The notes: generated by a model from the letters alone, not told the origin. A stretch of 64,000 nucleotides of DNA from an uncultured Gammaproteobacteria bacterium (GCA_964510885.1 CAZEDL010000003.1:31686-95685); one strand, 5' to 3'; shown: positions 49,895 through 60,064, counted from the first letter of the stretch. A program made the numbers and translations.

Positions 49895-51685
49895 ATGGAT
49901 ACTAAACCAATTCGCATTCTTGGTCTATCGTTTTTCTATCATGACGCTGCTGCGGCAGTGATTGTGGATGGAAAAGTGATAGCGGCTGCCCAGGAAGAGC
50001 GGTTTACCCGCATTAAACAGGATGATGGGTTCCCAAAATTGTCCATTGAAAAATGTCTAAAATTAGCCGGCCTCACGCTGAAAGATATTGATTATATCGT
50101 ATTTTATGAAAAGCCGATTTTGAAGTTTGAGCGGTTGATCATGACGTATCTGCATACCTGGCCGAAGGGGCTCCGCTCTTTCATCAAAGCAATGCAGAGT
50201 TTTTTTAAGGATAAATTTTGGGTAGAGAAAGAGATTCGGGAGCAATTGAATTATGAAGGCGAAGTATTATTTGCTGAGCATCATTATTCACATGCGGCCA
50301 GTGCCTATTATGCCTCTGATTTTGACGATGCGCTCGTGATCACTATGGATGGGGTGGGGGAATGGGATACCACGACGATTGGGCGGGGTCAGGGTAACCG
50401 GCTAAAATTAACTAAATCGATTAGGTTTCCGCATTCACTCGGCATGTTATATTCCGCGCTGACATATTATTTAGGATTTAAGGTGAATAGTGCAGAGTAT
50501 AAAGTGATGGGTCTTGCGCCATATGGTAATCCAGCTACCTATCGCGAACAACTTAGAAAACTAGTACATCTAAGAGATGATGGCAGCTTTGAATTGACGC
50601 GTAAGTATTTTGCTTACGAGTATGGGCTGACCATGACTAATAGAAAATTTGATGAATTATTTGGTGGGCCGCCACGCGCACCAGAAAGCCCGTTGACGCA
50701 GCGTGAGAAAGATATTGCAGCTAGCTTGCAGGAATTAACTGAGGACATGGTGCTTAAGATTGTAGCCGAGGCGCGCCGGCTGTATCCGGAGTGTAAAAAG
50801 GTATGTTTGGCTGGAGGGGTCGCCCTCAATTGTGTGGCTAATGGCAAGATTCTACGGAGTGGCCTGGTTGATGATATCTATATCCAGCCTGCCGCAGGGG
50901 ACGCTGGTGGTGCTGTCGGGGCGGCATTATATGCTTACTATGACATGCTTGATAAGCCCAAGCAGGTCGGCGTTATGCCCACGGCTTTTCTTGGTACAAC
51001 TTATACCGATTTTGAAATTGAAACTTTTTTAGAAAGTGAGGCCCCGGGATTAATCGGAAATGGTAAAAAAATAATTTTTACCAAAGTCCCAGAGGCTGAG
51101 CTGATTACTCGTGTGGCCCCGCTCATTGCCGGAAATAATGTGGTCGGTTGGTTTCAGGGGAGAATGGAATTTGGGCCACGGTCGCTTGGTAGTCGCTCTA
51201 TTATTGCTGATGCTCGTAATAAAGAGAATTGGCAGAAAGTTAATTTGAAAATTAAATTCCGTGAGAGTTTTCGACCGTTTGCCCCCACGATACTTGAAGA
51301 AGAAGCCGCGAATTATTTTGAGCTTGATCGCCCGAGTCCGTATATGCTGCTCGTAGCGCCAGTTAAGAATGGCTCTGTCCCGGCAGTTACCCATGTCGAT
51401 GCGTCGGCCCGGGTCCAGACGATTAGCGCTTCGCAGCATCCGCGCTATTACGGCCTGATAAAAGAATTTTTCCGTCTCACTGGCTGTCCGGTTATCATTA
51501 ATACTTCGTTTAATGTCCGTGGCGAACCGATCGTAGAGAGCCCGCGCGATGCATTCAATTGCTTTATTAATACCTATATGGATTATCTAGTTCTTGGAAA
51601 CTATATTATTTCTAAGCAGGATAATCCCGGGTTGGTTGACGAGGCGCGCCTCAAGGCGTATCTCGGTAGCTTTTCATTAGATTAA
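49895..51685 (+). CDS. NodU/CmcH-family O-carbamoyltransferase (SxtI-like)
   Basis: YHDAAA, QEERFTR, EHHYSHAASA, DGVGE, EYKVMGLAPYG, AGGVALNC, QPAAGDAG, EFGPR.LG.RS, KFRESFRPFAP, NTSFN. Confidence 0.96.
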   Translation: MDTKPIRILGLSFFYHDAAAAVIVDGKVIAAAQEERFTRIKQDDGFPKLSIEKCLKLAGLTLKDIDYIVFYEKPILKFERLIMTYLHTWPKGLRSFIKAMQSFFKDKFWVEKEIREQLNYEGEVLFAEHHYSHAASAYYASDFDDALVITMDGVGEWDTTTIGRGQGNRLKLTKSIRFPHSLGMLYSALTYYLGFKVNSAEYKVMGLAPYGNPATYREQLRKLVHLRDDGSFELTRKYFAYEYGLTMTNRKFDELFGGPPRAPESPLTQREKDIAASLQELTEDMVLKIVAEARRLYPECKKVCLAGGVALNCVANGKILRSGLVDDIYIQPAAGDAGGAVGAALYAYYDMLDKPKQVGVMPTAFLGTTYTDFEIETFLESEAPGLIGNGKKIIFTKVPEAELITRVAPLIAGNNVVGWFQGRMEFGPRSLGSRSIIADARNKENWQKVNLKIKFRESFRPFAPTILEEEAANYFELDRPSPYMLLVAPVKNGSVPAVTHVDASARVQTISASQHPRYYGLIKEFFRLTGCPVIINTSFNVRGEPIVESPRDAFNCFINTYMDYLVLGNYIISKQDNPGLVDEARLKAYLGSFSLD

Positions 51686-51691
51686 ATTTCT

Positions 51692-51856
51692 ATGGCTTCA
51701 AGTAAAATGCGCGCTCTACAGCAATTGTGGCTGTTTATGAAAGAGCATAAAAAATGGTGGCTTTTGCCGCTTGTCATTGTGGTGGTGTTATTTGGTTTGC
51801 TACTTATTTTTGCCCAAGGATCGGTGTGGGCCCCCTTCATTTATACGCTTTTTTAA
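51692..51856 (+). CDS. 54-aa single-TM peptide, SxtK/DUF5989-like (missing from the ORF track)
   Basis: Manual translation MASSKMRALQQLWLFMKEHKKWWLLPLVIVVVLFGLLLIFAQGSVWAPFIYTLF-stop; fills the gap between two plus-strand genes. Confidence 0.88.
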   Translation: MASSKMRALQQLWLFMKEHKKWWLLPLVIVVVLFGLLLIFAQGSVWAPFIYTLF

Positions 51857-51880
51857 GCTGCCTTCCTGCCCTCGTTTCTT

Positions 51881-53584
51881 ATGAAAGAGCTGTGCAGAAC
51901 ATATCTTAAGAATCCGGTCTGTTGGCTGTTGCTGGCCGGTTTTTTGGTACGTGTTTTTGGGATCAGCTTTGGCTTGCCGCACCATTTGATTGGCGATGAA
52001 GAAGCAGAAATTTTTGGCGCGCTTAAGATGTTGGAGCTTAAAACGTTGCTGCCGGTATTTTACAGCGCTGAGTTCCAGGGGCTACTCTATTATCCGCCGT
52101 TCCTGTGTTACATCTACCTGATCCTATTTTTGCCGGTTCTGGCACTGCAGTATTTAGGAGTCGGCTTTCCTTCATTAGTATTGTTCAAACACCAGTTATT
52201 GTTTGATTCGACATGGTTATGGTATACGGCGCGATTTTCCGGCCTGTTGTTTGGGCTTGCCAATGTATATTTGGTCTACCGGCTGGCACGGTTTTTGTTT
52301 AAGGATCAGGGCGCAGCCATCGCGGCAGCTGGTTTTTTTAATTTTAGTTTTTTGGTTGTCACGTTGTCGCATACTTCCAGGCACTGGATGGCTGGATTAT
52401 TTTTTAGTTTGCTTGGGATAGTGTTGGCGATTGAATCTGCAGAGCGCCATAGTCGGCGACAACTGATTATAGCCGGTTTGTTATTTGGTGTATCTTTTGG
52501 CATCAGTTATCTGGTGTTTTACTTTCCGGTGATTCTTATATTACTCTGGCAACAATCCGATAAAAATTATCGGCTATTGCTTCGTCAGCTAGTTTATTTT
52601 TTGGTTCCCTTTGCAGTGGTATCGGTACTGGCACTCGCCCTCTATCCACAACCATTTGTGCAGCAAATTTTTCTCCACCGCGTGGGCGACTCGGAGGGGG
52701 TGAAAACCGTGGGGCGATTCGCAGTGTTCTATCTGCGAGCACTTTGGAATTATGAAGCTCCATTATTTGTATTTGGCTTAATCGGCACAGCTTTATTATG
52801 GTATAAACGCCGGAGTGCGGCCCTTTTTTTAACCGTCATATATATCTTTTTGGCTGCAATCATATATATATATTTTTGGAACATTCCTCGGTATCTAATT
52901 CCATTAGTGCCGTTTATCGCTTGTGCTGCTGGCTATGGATTCTCTCAGGTATACGCTTTTATAAAAGGCTACTCACGGTATGCAGCGTATGCACTGCTGT
53001 TTGTCTTGGTGTTGTATACTGCAGTTTTATTTGGTCGTTATAACGGTTTGCTTCTCAAGGGGGATACGCGCTTGGCGGCCATACACTGGCTTGAATCTAC
53101 CGTATTAGAAGGTGATTCGGTGTTAATCTATTCGGAACGAGTCCGGCCAGTGCCTACCCCAACGGCGGCCCGTGAACAAGAGGTCATCAGCCCTGAATCA
53201 CTGCGTTCTCGCGAGCGTAGTGTGCTCTTGTCGCCGCCACCGGTTATAGACGAACCACAGCTCCGGGCCTATAATTTATTTTATGTCACTAATCCAAAAC
53301 AGAAAGACTTGCTGATAGAGGTTGCCAGACGCAATGCAACTCAAGTCTATGTGGTGGTTGATTCTTGGGCAATTCCTGATCAAAACATACGAGCATTACT
53401 GGCAACATCTGAGTTGATTACCGTTATTTATGGTAGTGATGCAGTCGCTGGGTCATTAATTCCTGAGGGCGGTGGCGGTTCTTTTATTGCTGGAGAATCG
53501 CATACGTTGCCGAACCCTTTGCTTAAAGCGTTGTGGCAGATACCTCAATTTGGTCCGGATGTTATGATTTATAAGCTTAAGTAG
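51881..53584 (+). CDS. GT-C fold membrane glycosyltransferase (ArnT-like)
   Basis: GLPHHLIGDE, YYPP, AR, PRYLIP, DTR..A..WL. Confidence 0.78.
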   Translation: MKELCRTYLKNPVCWLLLAGFLVRVFGISFGLPHHLIGDEEAEIFGALKMLELKTLLPVFYSAEFQGLLYYPPFLCYIYLILFLPVLALQYLGVGFPSLVLFKHQLLFDSTWLWYTARFSGLLFGLANVYLVYRLARFLFKDQGAAIAAAGFFNFSFLVVTLSHTSRHWMAGLFFSLLGIVLAIESAERHSRRQLIIAGLLFGVSFGISYLVFYFPVILILLWQQSDKNYRLLLRQLVYFLVPFAVVSVLALALYPQPFVQQIFLHRVGDSEGVKTVGRFAVFYLRALWNYEAPLFVFGLIGTALLWYKRRSAALFLTVIYIFLAAIIYIYFWNIPRYLIPLVPFIACAAGYGFSQVYAFIKGYSRYAAYALLFVLVLYTAVLFGRYNGLLLKGDTRLAAIHWLESTVLEGDSVLIYSERVRPVPTPTAAREQEVISPESLRSRERSVLLSPPPVIDEPQLRAYNLFYVTNPKQKDLLIEVARRNATQVYVVVDSWAIPDQNIRALLATSELITVIYGSDAVAGSLIPEGGGGSFIAGESHTLPNPLLKALWQIPQFGPDVMIYKLK

Positions 53585-53600
53585 TGGCTGAAAATTTTTT

Positions 53601-55049
53601 ATGGTTAATTTTATTAAACGGGAATGGGTAGCTTTTTTCATCATGTTGTTTGTGGTTGTAATGTGTTTTTGGCAGCTTACGACCAATCCGCCGGTTTGGT
53701 ATGATGAAGGTATTTATCACCAGGTAGTGCGTAATTTGGCGACTGATCATCGCTATGGATTATACCTGGGGGCCGGGGAATACACGGACATGGGTTTTGT
53801 TTCAGTTGGCTATCCGGTATTTTTCCCGGCGGCTATTAGTGCTGTACTATTTGGTAACGGAGTCGTCGTGCTTCGCATGGTGGCAGTGGCTTTTTTAATA
53901 GGGTTTGTCTTATTATTTTATCTGCTGACACGGCGGTTGTATGGATCATATGTGGCAACCTGGTCACTGGCACTGCTGGCTACATTTTCTCCCTTATATG
54001 GCAATGGCAAAACATTTATCGGTGAAGTGCCGGGGTTGATGTATTTGATGGCAGGCTGTTTATTTTTACTGCCTTCGCCACGAAGTACTCGGCCGCATGT
54101 GCGGGTTGTTGGTGCTGGTTTATTTTTAGGATTAGCAGCCAGCTCAAAACCATTATATTTATTATTACTTCCCGCGCTAGCGGCAGCAGTACTTTTTCAC
54201 TATCGGTCGTATCTTAGTAACCGATTTGGTCAGATTCGGCTTTTATTGCTTGGCTTTGGTGGAATAGTAGCGCTTTTTATTTGGTTTGCGACACAGTTTG
54301 GTTTACCCTCCGACCGCGGAGCATTATTACAGCACTATCGTAACCCAAATGCTGTCGCGGCCACGGGGAGCGTGATTGTGGCAAATGCCAAACGATTTGT
54401 GACTGAAGCTACCCCGGCCCACTTTGCTGGTTTATTGGGCTTAGCGTTGGTTTTATTAATTATTAAATACAAAAAACGGCAGCCAATCACTGAGGTTGAG
54501 GTAGTGCTGATATTTTTTTCTTTGTTAACAGTCGCGTTTTATGTGCGTACTGCCGGTTGGTACCGATATTTGTTTCCAGCTCAGGCGGTGTTGTTTTTAT
54601 TTTTTCCGTCGACTCTCCAAGCACTCATCACTCGGTTTAAGGCTATCGAACCCTTTGCTAGATATATGGTGGCTGCAGTGTGCACTCTCTTATTGTTAGT
54701 TCAAATCTATCCGTTTTATCAGGAGCGTTTAAAGGCTAGAACTGATGATGTGGTTTTTTTTGAATCCTTGTTTACATCGATCGGGAGCGGTGAGCGGGTT
54801 TTATTCTATAATACCCCAACGCTGGCAGCTCGCTTCAATCGGCCGGAATTTTTTCAACATATTGCCTTTAGCCCCGCTATTGCGTATGGGCAAAAAAATC
54901 TCGCCGGGATTGCCCGCGGCGAGTATGAGTTTGTTTTTGCTCTGATTAATGACCTGCCAAAGATAGTGATTCCTACGTGTTATGACCAAGCTGGCGAACA
55001 AGCTGGAGTCCGCGTTTTTCGGTTAAATAAGCAGAAGATTTGTAAGTAG
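53601..55049 (+). CDS. GT-C fold membrane glycosyltransferase (ArnT-like)
   Basis: PVWYDEG, LR, IGEVP, SKP, RYLFP; multi-TM. Confidence 0.8.
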   Translation: MVNFIKREWVAFFIMLFVVVMCFWQLTTNPPVWYDEGIYHQVVRNLATDHRYGLYLGAGEYTDMGFVSVGYPVFFPAAISAVLFGNGVVVLRMVAVAFLIGFVLLFYLLTRRLYGSYVATWSLALLATFSPLYGNGKTFIGEVPGLMYLMAGCLFLLPSPRSTRPHVRVVGAGLFLGLAASSKPLYLLLLPALAAAVLFHYRSYLSNRFGQIRLLLLGFGGIVALFIWFATQFGLPSDRGALLQHYRNPNAVAATGSVIVANAKRFVTEATPAHFAGLLGLALVLLIIKYKKRQPITEVEVVLIFFSLLTVAFYVRTAGWYRYLFPAQAVLFLFFPSTLQALITRFKAIEPFARYMVAAVCTLLLLVQIYPFYQERLKARTDDVVFFESLFTSIGSGERVLFYNTPTLAARFNRPEFFQHIAFSPAIAYGQKNLAGIARGEYEFVFALINDLPKIVIPTCYDQAGEQAGVRVFRLNKQKICK

Positions 55050-56258
55050 CTATCGTTTTGAGGGTTTTGTTTTTACAGCTATCGGCAGGTAGCTGTTGTT
55101 TTTTAGATGCTCGGTGATTGCGCGCGATAGGTAGCTTGACATGGCTGGATTATAATGGACAGAGTCTACGTAGAGCGGCTCTTTTTTATCCGCTTGAAGA
55201 TCTGCCAGCCAGAGAAAGTTGTTGCCAAGAGAGATTTGGTTATTTTTAATTAATGCAGCCAAGGCCGGGTAGGTGTATCTCGAAAATTGGTGCGTGTCGT
55301 TATCGGTGTCGGCTTCTTTTCCAAAGAGGTGGTAGCTTAAATTATATTTATATAGGGGAACCGGTTGCCAGACAAACAGGGTTTTTATGCCAAGATTTCC
55401 AGCCGCCGCTTCGGTAATTTTTTTGTTAGTAAGATACCGATTAAGAATCGATGTGACGATCTCTGGGTCACCGAAATTTTTGGCGGCTTGGTCGGTAGAG
55501 GTGACTGTACGATTCGTGGAAAATCTTTTATTTAGGCGTTGTTGAAAAGAGATGAACGCCCGGCCGAGCGGAATTTTGGGTAGAATCAGGCCGGCGAGAT
55601 TGCCTTTCTCTTCGGCTTCGGCAATTGAAGTTTTATTGGCTTCACCATCAGCGTGGTATTCGTTTAATCCGTCTACAAAAATTGCCAGATTAGGCTTGTG
55701 TCCGCTTAATACCATTTTTTCAAACAGAATACGTTCTTGGGCTGAGAACCAGGCGCCTTGGCCAAAATTATAGACCGCAGTGGTGGTGGCTCCGGCGGCA
55801 CGTAGATCTGCCTGTAGATAGGAACTCACGGTTTCATGGTTAGCAATACCGTAGCCAAACATGGTGGAGCCGCCGAATACAAAAACATTGTAGTGCTTTG
55901 GGTTTGGCGGCCAGGGAGCTTGACCCGCGATGTGGCGGAAACCGGCGGGATCTACAGTCACATAGGTGCCGTTGAAGGGGCGTTCGCGCGAACCGGTGAA
56001 CGTATCAAATTGCATCGGGCGCGACCAGAGTTCATTAAGTTCGACGGTGATGTCGGCATCACTCTTGTCCGGGTAGGCTGGTCTAAGGCGGTCGAGACCG
56101 TATTTGTTAATGACTGGGTTAGGCTTAAAGTGTGCATCTCTGATTTTGAAGATAATATACAGGCCGCTATTTATAAGCAGCAAAAAAATAATGGTATTTA
56201 GCGTTACAATGGCGACGGTCGTATATTTTTCGAGCGCTGAGCGCAGCCAGGTGGTCAT
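55050..56258 (-). CDS. Membrane-anchored SGNH/GDSL-fold protein
   Basis: N-terminal TM; block I FGGSTMFG, block II NFGQG, block III DGLNE, block V DSVH. Confidence 0.85.
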   Translation of the reverse strand: MTTWLRSALEKYTTVAIVTLNTIIFLLLINSGLYIIFKIRDAHFKPNPVINKYGLDRLRPAYPDKSDADITVELNELWSRPMQFDTFTGSRERPFNGTYVTVDPAGFRHIAGQAPWPPNPKHYNVFVFGGSTMFGYGIANHETVSSYLQADLRAAGATTTAVYNFGQGAWFSAQERILFEKMVLSGHKPNLAIFVDGLNEYHADGEANKTSIAEAEEKGNLAGLILPKIPLGRAFISFQQRLNKRFSTNRTVTSTDQAAKNFGDPEIVTSILNRYLTNKKITEAAAGNLGIKTLFVWQPVPLYKYNLSYHLFGKEADTDNDTHQFSRYTYPALAALIKNNQISLGNNFLWLADLQADKKEPLYVDSVHYNPAMSSYLSRAITEHLKNNSYLPIAVKTKPSKR

Positions 56259-56261
56259 AGT

Positions 56262-56957
56262 TTAACGCTTGGTTATTTTCCAGGTAATCAACCGCCAGAG
56301 ATGTTTTAAAAAATTTACGCTCTCACGCAGCCCCATTTTGCTTTTGCCGAGGTAGCGATTGCGAAATATATAAGCCACTTCAGCGATTTTCGTAACGCCG
56401 CTTTTTACCACAATTTCCAAAAGGATTTTATAGCCGAGCGGTGAGAAGTTTTTTCCGTTAAGAAGGGTTTTCTTTAGGAAGAAATAACCGGACATCGGAT
56501 CGGTGATCGCTACGCCAAGTGGCCGGGTGAGGAGGGTGGCGAAACGCGACGAAAGTTTACGATACCAGGGCCAGTTTTCAACGAGGCCACCAGGAAGATT
56601 GCGGCTGCCGATCGCAAGATCCGCTGTTTCTAATTTTTTTAGTAGTAGGGGAATCAGATCTGGCGGATGCGAGAGGTCGGCATCCATCACTCCAACTATA
56701 TCGTATTTGGCTTTGGCAAAGCCGGTTAAGACGGCGGTAGCTAGCCCGCGGGTGGTCCGCTCAATGATTATAATAGGATAGGCGAGTTGCAAACTGTGCA
56801 GATGTGCAACGGTTCCATCGGTGGAGCCGTCGTCAACAATGATTAATTCGGCCTCGTTAACAAGCGGGCTTTTGGCCAGAGTGGCTGCTACATCAGTGAG
56901 CAATTTTTCGATACTATCCCGCTCATTTAGTGTCGGGATAACGAGCGAAACATTCAT
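56262..56957 (-). CDS. GT2, polyprenol-phosphate mannose synthase-like
   Basis: [48 protein letters not shown]. Confidence 0.92.
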   Translation of the reverse strand: MNVSLVIPTLNERDSIEKLLTDVAATLAKSPLVNEAELIIVDDGSTDGTVAHLHSLQLAYPIIIIERTTRGLATAVLTGFAKAKYDIVGVMDADLSHPPDLIPLLLKKLETADLAIGSRNLPGGLVENWPWYRKLSSRFATLLTRPLGVAITDPMSGYFFLKKTLLNGKNFSPLGYKILLEIVVKSGVTKIAEVAYIFRNRYLGKSKMGLRESVNFLKHLWRLITWKITKR

Positions 56958-56961
56958 AGTG

Positions 56962-57669
56962 TTAGCGAGGTTGCCAGCGATCAATCACAAATCGTTTGCC
57001 GCGCCAAATTTCGAGCAAAAATGTTCGTAGCACACGCCAGCCGGTTGGAAGCGTGTAGGCGGTACTATGGCCGCCAATCCGATCGCCCTCAGTTGTCGGA
57101 AATTCAACTACTTTGAAACCGAGTTTCAGGGCGCGAATCGACATTTGGAATTCAATGGCAAATCCTGGTTCGTCGGTATTTAATTCTAATAATTTATCTT
57201 TACGGATTGATCGGTAGCCGTTGATGGTGTCGGTGATGGTGCCACCCCAAAATAATTTAACGAGACCGGTAAAACCTTTGTTGGCCCAGGCACGCGGGCG
57301 ATACCATGAAACATCTTCTTCATTACGGGCGCCCGGTAGGAAGCGAGAAGCAATAGCCATGTCGGCTCCGTTAATAATAGCGTCGCGTAATTTTAACAGG
57401 TCATCTGGGTTTTCATTGCCGTCGGGAGCAAAGAACACCATTATATCGCTTGTGGCATTGGCGGCTGCTAAGCGGATGGCATTGCCGCGACCGGGCGTAA
57501 CCTGTGGAATTACTTTAATATTATGATCATGAAAAAATTTGAGCGTGCCGTCGGTAGAGTTGAGGTCAATCGCCAACACCTCATCAAAAGCTGATAAAGG
57601 GATGCGAGGAAATAAACTGGTCACGCCGTTAATTTCATTGCGAGTAGTGATGATGAGGGTAGAGGTCAT
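56962..57669 (-). CDS. GT2 glycosyltransferase
   Basis: TRNE, STDGT, PDGNENP, ASRF, TDTINGYR, RIGG. Confidence 0.88.
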   Translation of the reverse strand: MTSTLIITTRNEINGVTSLFPRIPLSAFDEVLAIDLNSTDGTLKFFHDHNIKVIPQVTPGRGNAIRLAAANATSDIMVFFAPDGNENPDDLLKLRDAIINGADMAIASRFLPGARNEEDVSWYRPRAWANKGFTGLVKLFWGGTITDTINGYRSIRKDKLLELNTDEPGFAIEFQMSIRALKLGFKVVEFPTTEGDRIGGHSTAYTLPTGWRVLRTFLLEIWRGKRFVIDRWQPR

Positions 57670-57672
57670 AGC

Positions 57673-58623
57673 TTAAGAATAATGAAGCGAATCACGATTT
57701 ACTTTATACCATTCAATAGTTGCTCGGAGCCCAACCTCAAGACTGGTGACGGCTTTGAATCCTAGAATTTTTTCGGCTTTACTCGTATCAACTGACCGAC
57801 GGGCTTGGCCATTTGGTTGCGATGTATCATAGGCAACCGTGCCCGTGTGGCCAGTTAAGGATCGGATGAAGTCGACTAATTCTTTGATACTAGTTTCGGT
57901 ACCGGAACCAAGATTAATCGGCTCGGATGATTCTAGTTGCTCGGCGGCTAATATTACCCCTTCGGCAAAGTCATCAACATAGAAAAAATCACGGGTCGGT
58001 GTCCCATCGCCCCAGACAATTAATGGGTCATCGCCACGGAGGCATTTTTGGATGAGCGAGGGAATGACATGCGAATATTCGGGGTGAAAACTGTCGCCTG
58101 GGCCATAGGCATTATTGGGAATGACTACTACTGCATTAGTCCCGTATTGTTCACGATAGGCGCTGGCTTGGACGGTCATCAATCGTTTGCCAACTCCATA
58201 GGCGAGATTGGTTTCTTGTGGTAGTCCTGACCATAAATTTTCTTCGGTCAGTGGGTAGGTGGTATTTTTTGGGTACGCACAGGCGCTCGACACCATGACG
58301 ATTTTTTTGACGTTGGCATTTTTAGCAGTTTCCATGATTTGTAGGTCCATCAAAATATTTTGATAGTACTGCATCGCGGGGAATGAGCTGCTGTACCCGA
58401 CCCCACCAAGCCGGGCGGCCAGATGAATAACAACGTCAATCTTATGTTCTGAAAAGAGCCGGGCGCAATTTGATTGGTGGCTCAGATCGTCACGTTTAGA
58501 ATCAGGAATAATAATCTGATTTGGTGTCAAACCACGTTTTTCGATAAGATTTTTGACAACTGAGTGCCCGATAAAACCAGATCCGCCGGTAACGAGAACG
58601 GTGAGATTACGAAGGTCAAGCAT
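57673..58623 (-). CDS. fcl: GDP-L-fucose synthase family
   Basis: HLAARLGG, SSACAYP, YGVGK, N.YGPGD.F, SHVIP.LI, VWGDGTPTRDF. Confidence 0.85.
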   Translation of the reverse strand: MLDLRNLTVLVTGGSGFIGHSVVKNLIEKRGLTPNQIIIPDSKRDDLSHQSNCARLFSEHKIDVVIHLAARLGGVGYSSSFPAMQYYQNILMDLQIMETAKNANVKKIVMVSSACAYPKNTTYPLTEENLWSGLPQETNLAYGVGKRLMTVQASAYREQYGTNAVVVIPNNAYGPGDSFHPEYSHVIPSLIQKCLRGDDPLIVWGDGTPTRDFFYVDDFAEGVILAAEQLESSEPINLGSGTETSIKELVDFIRSLTGHTGTVAYDTSQPNGQARRSVDTSKAEKILGFKAVTSLEVGLRATIEWYKVNRDSLHYS

Positions 58624-58630
58624 AGAAAAG

Positions 58631-59959
58631 TTACACAGTGGTCGGTTTATAATAGCGATATATCTTTGAAAGTGAATCAAAGGCTACGATAAACAGTAAA
58701 AAGTTAATCGGAATGCGCAGCCGAGCGCCACCAATTGGCGAGGCTAAGATAGTATATCCTAGTAGGACAGCCACGATAATAAGTGATTCTTTGGGCCATC
58801 GTTTGAGTAAGCGGTACTGTATTATTGGGTTGATAAAGGCGAATACTGCGAGGAGTCCCCATAATAGATCCGGAACTAACAGCAGTAGTAAGTTCGGATT
58901 ATGTGTAAATTGTCGGACTGTCTGGATTGGATGGGACACTTCTAGGCGATAAAAATACTTGCCATCCACGAGGTCAAAATGGATACCTGGCACATTTAAA
59001 CCGTTGGCAATATTAGACAAACCAGAATCAAGAAACAGGTAGGGCAGGCGCACAGTGTGGTATGCTAAGTATTCGCCAAAATGCGACTTAATGTAGCCAA
59101 TTCCGATAGATTTTAGCAGTGCTATAGGGCGCGCGTCAAATGTATTATTAACCTGATTTAGGTCTAATTCAGGCAGTCTGTCAGTTGCGCCCCGCTCGGC
59201 CCGCCAGGTATCAAAATAGACACCATGATAGGCATAGAGGTCAAAACTACCAAGCGAGCTAAATTCGTTGGTCTTAATGATAAATTTACTATAGTAGGCC
59301 CAGGGGCTAATGACGATAAAAAAAGCGGTGAGCGCCAATAGTCCTTGTTTCCAGTACTGTTTTAGGCCCATAAGTAGGATCGTAATTGGGATTATTACTC
59401 CAATATATAGGGCAACTGGTTTGGTAAGGGCTGACAAGCCAAGTAGGGTAGCCCCAGCTATTAAAAATTTGGGCCGCGATTCGCGGGCAGCCACGGCGAG
59501 ACAAAGGATGCTGATTGTAAACAGTGTAGTAAAGAGCGGTTCAGTCATGACTTGACTGCTGATGAGCGCAGTCATCGGTTCGATACCAATAGCAGCGGTT
59601 GCCAAGAGGGCGATAGGGTTCGGGAATAGCCGCCGTGATAAGAGGTAATAGCCGATGAGTCCGAGCGCAAAAATGAGATTTTGGATAATTACGGGTGTAT
59701 ACAGGTTGGTTTTTGCCGCTACGAACGGGACCAGGAATAAGGGGTAGAGCGGGGTTCGAAAATTATCAGGGTGAGGGGTGGGTGAAAATTCCATCGAGAA
59801 TACGCCGTGGTTAATCACATTGTGAGCTACTTGCAGGTAGGTGATGCTGTCAGAAATATATAGCAAGGAACGTTCGTTTTTAAACGAAAATAGCGCCAGA
59901 GAGCGCATGCCAAGAGTGGCGATAATAATTAAAACAAGTAAGCGAAAGCTCGATTTCAC
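58631..59959 (-). CDS. GT-C fold membrane glycosyltransferase
   Basis: DSITYLQVA.N, FRTPLYP, VMTE, LTKP, ARLRIP; paralog of 36892-38298. Confidence 0.8.
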   Translation of the reverse strand: MKSSFRLLVLIIIATLGMRSLALFSFKNERSLLYISDSITYLQVAHNVINHGVFSMEFSPTPHPDNFRTPLYPLFLVPFVAAKTNLYTPVIIQNLIFALGLIGYYLLSRRLFPNPIALLATAAIGIEPMTALISSQVMTEPLFTTLFTISILCLAVAARESRPKFLIAGATLLGLSALTKPVALYIGVIIPITILLMGLKQYWKQGLLALTAFFIVISPWAYYSKFIIKTNEFSSLGSFDLYAYHGVYFDTWRAERGATDRLPELDLNQVNNTFDARPIALLKSIGIGYIKSHFGEYLAYHTVRLPYLFLDSGLSNIANGLNVPGIHFDLVDGKYFYRLEVSHPIQTVRQFTHNPNLLLLLVPDLLWGLLAVFAFINPIIQYRLLKRWPKESLIIVAVLLGYTILASPIGGARLRIPINFLLFIVAFDSLSKIYRYYKPTTV

Positions 59960-60064
59960 ACAATCAGTTTGGTGATATTAGTATACCTGACGAGCTAGCT
60001 TTTCGGCAACCGCTAGATCAGTTGGTTGCATCTTGCTGCGGCCTTGTGGTACCGTACTCACGCT

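Noticed and set aside
49652-51856. sxtI/J/K-like genes as a saxitoxin cluster
   Set aside because: No sxtA, sxtG or other core toxin genes; the context is entirely surface-glycan biosynthesis
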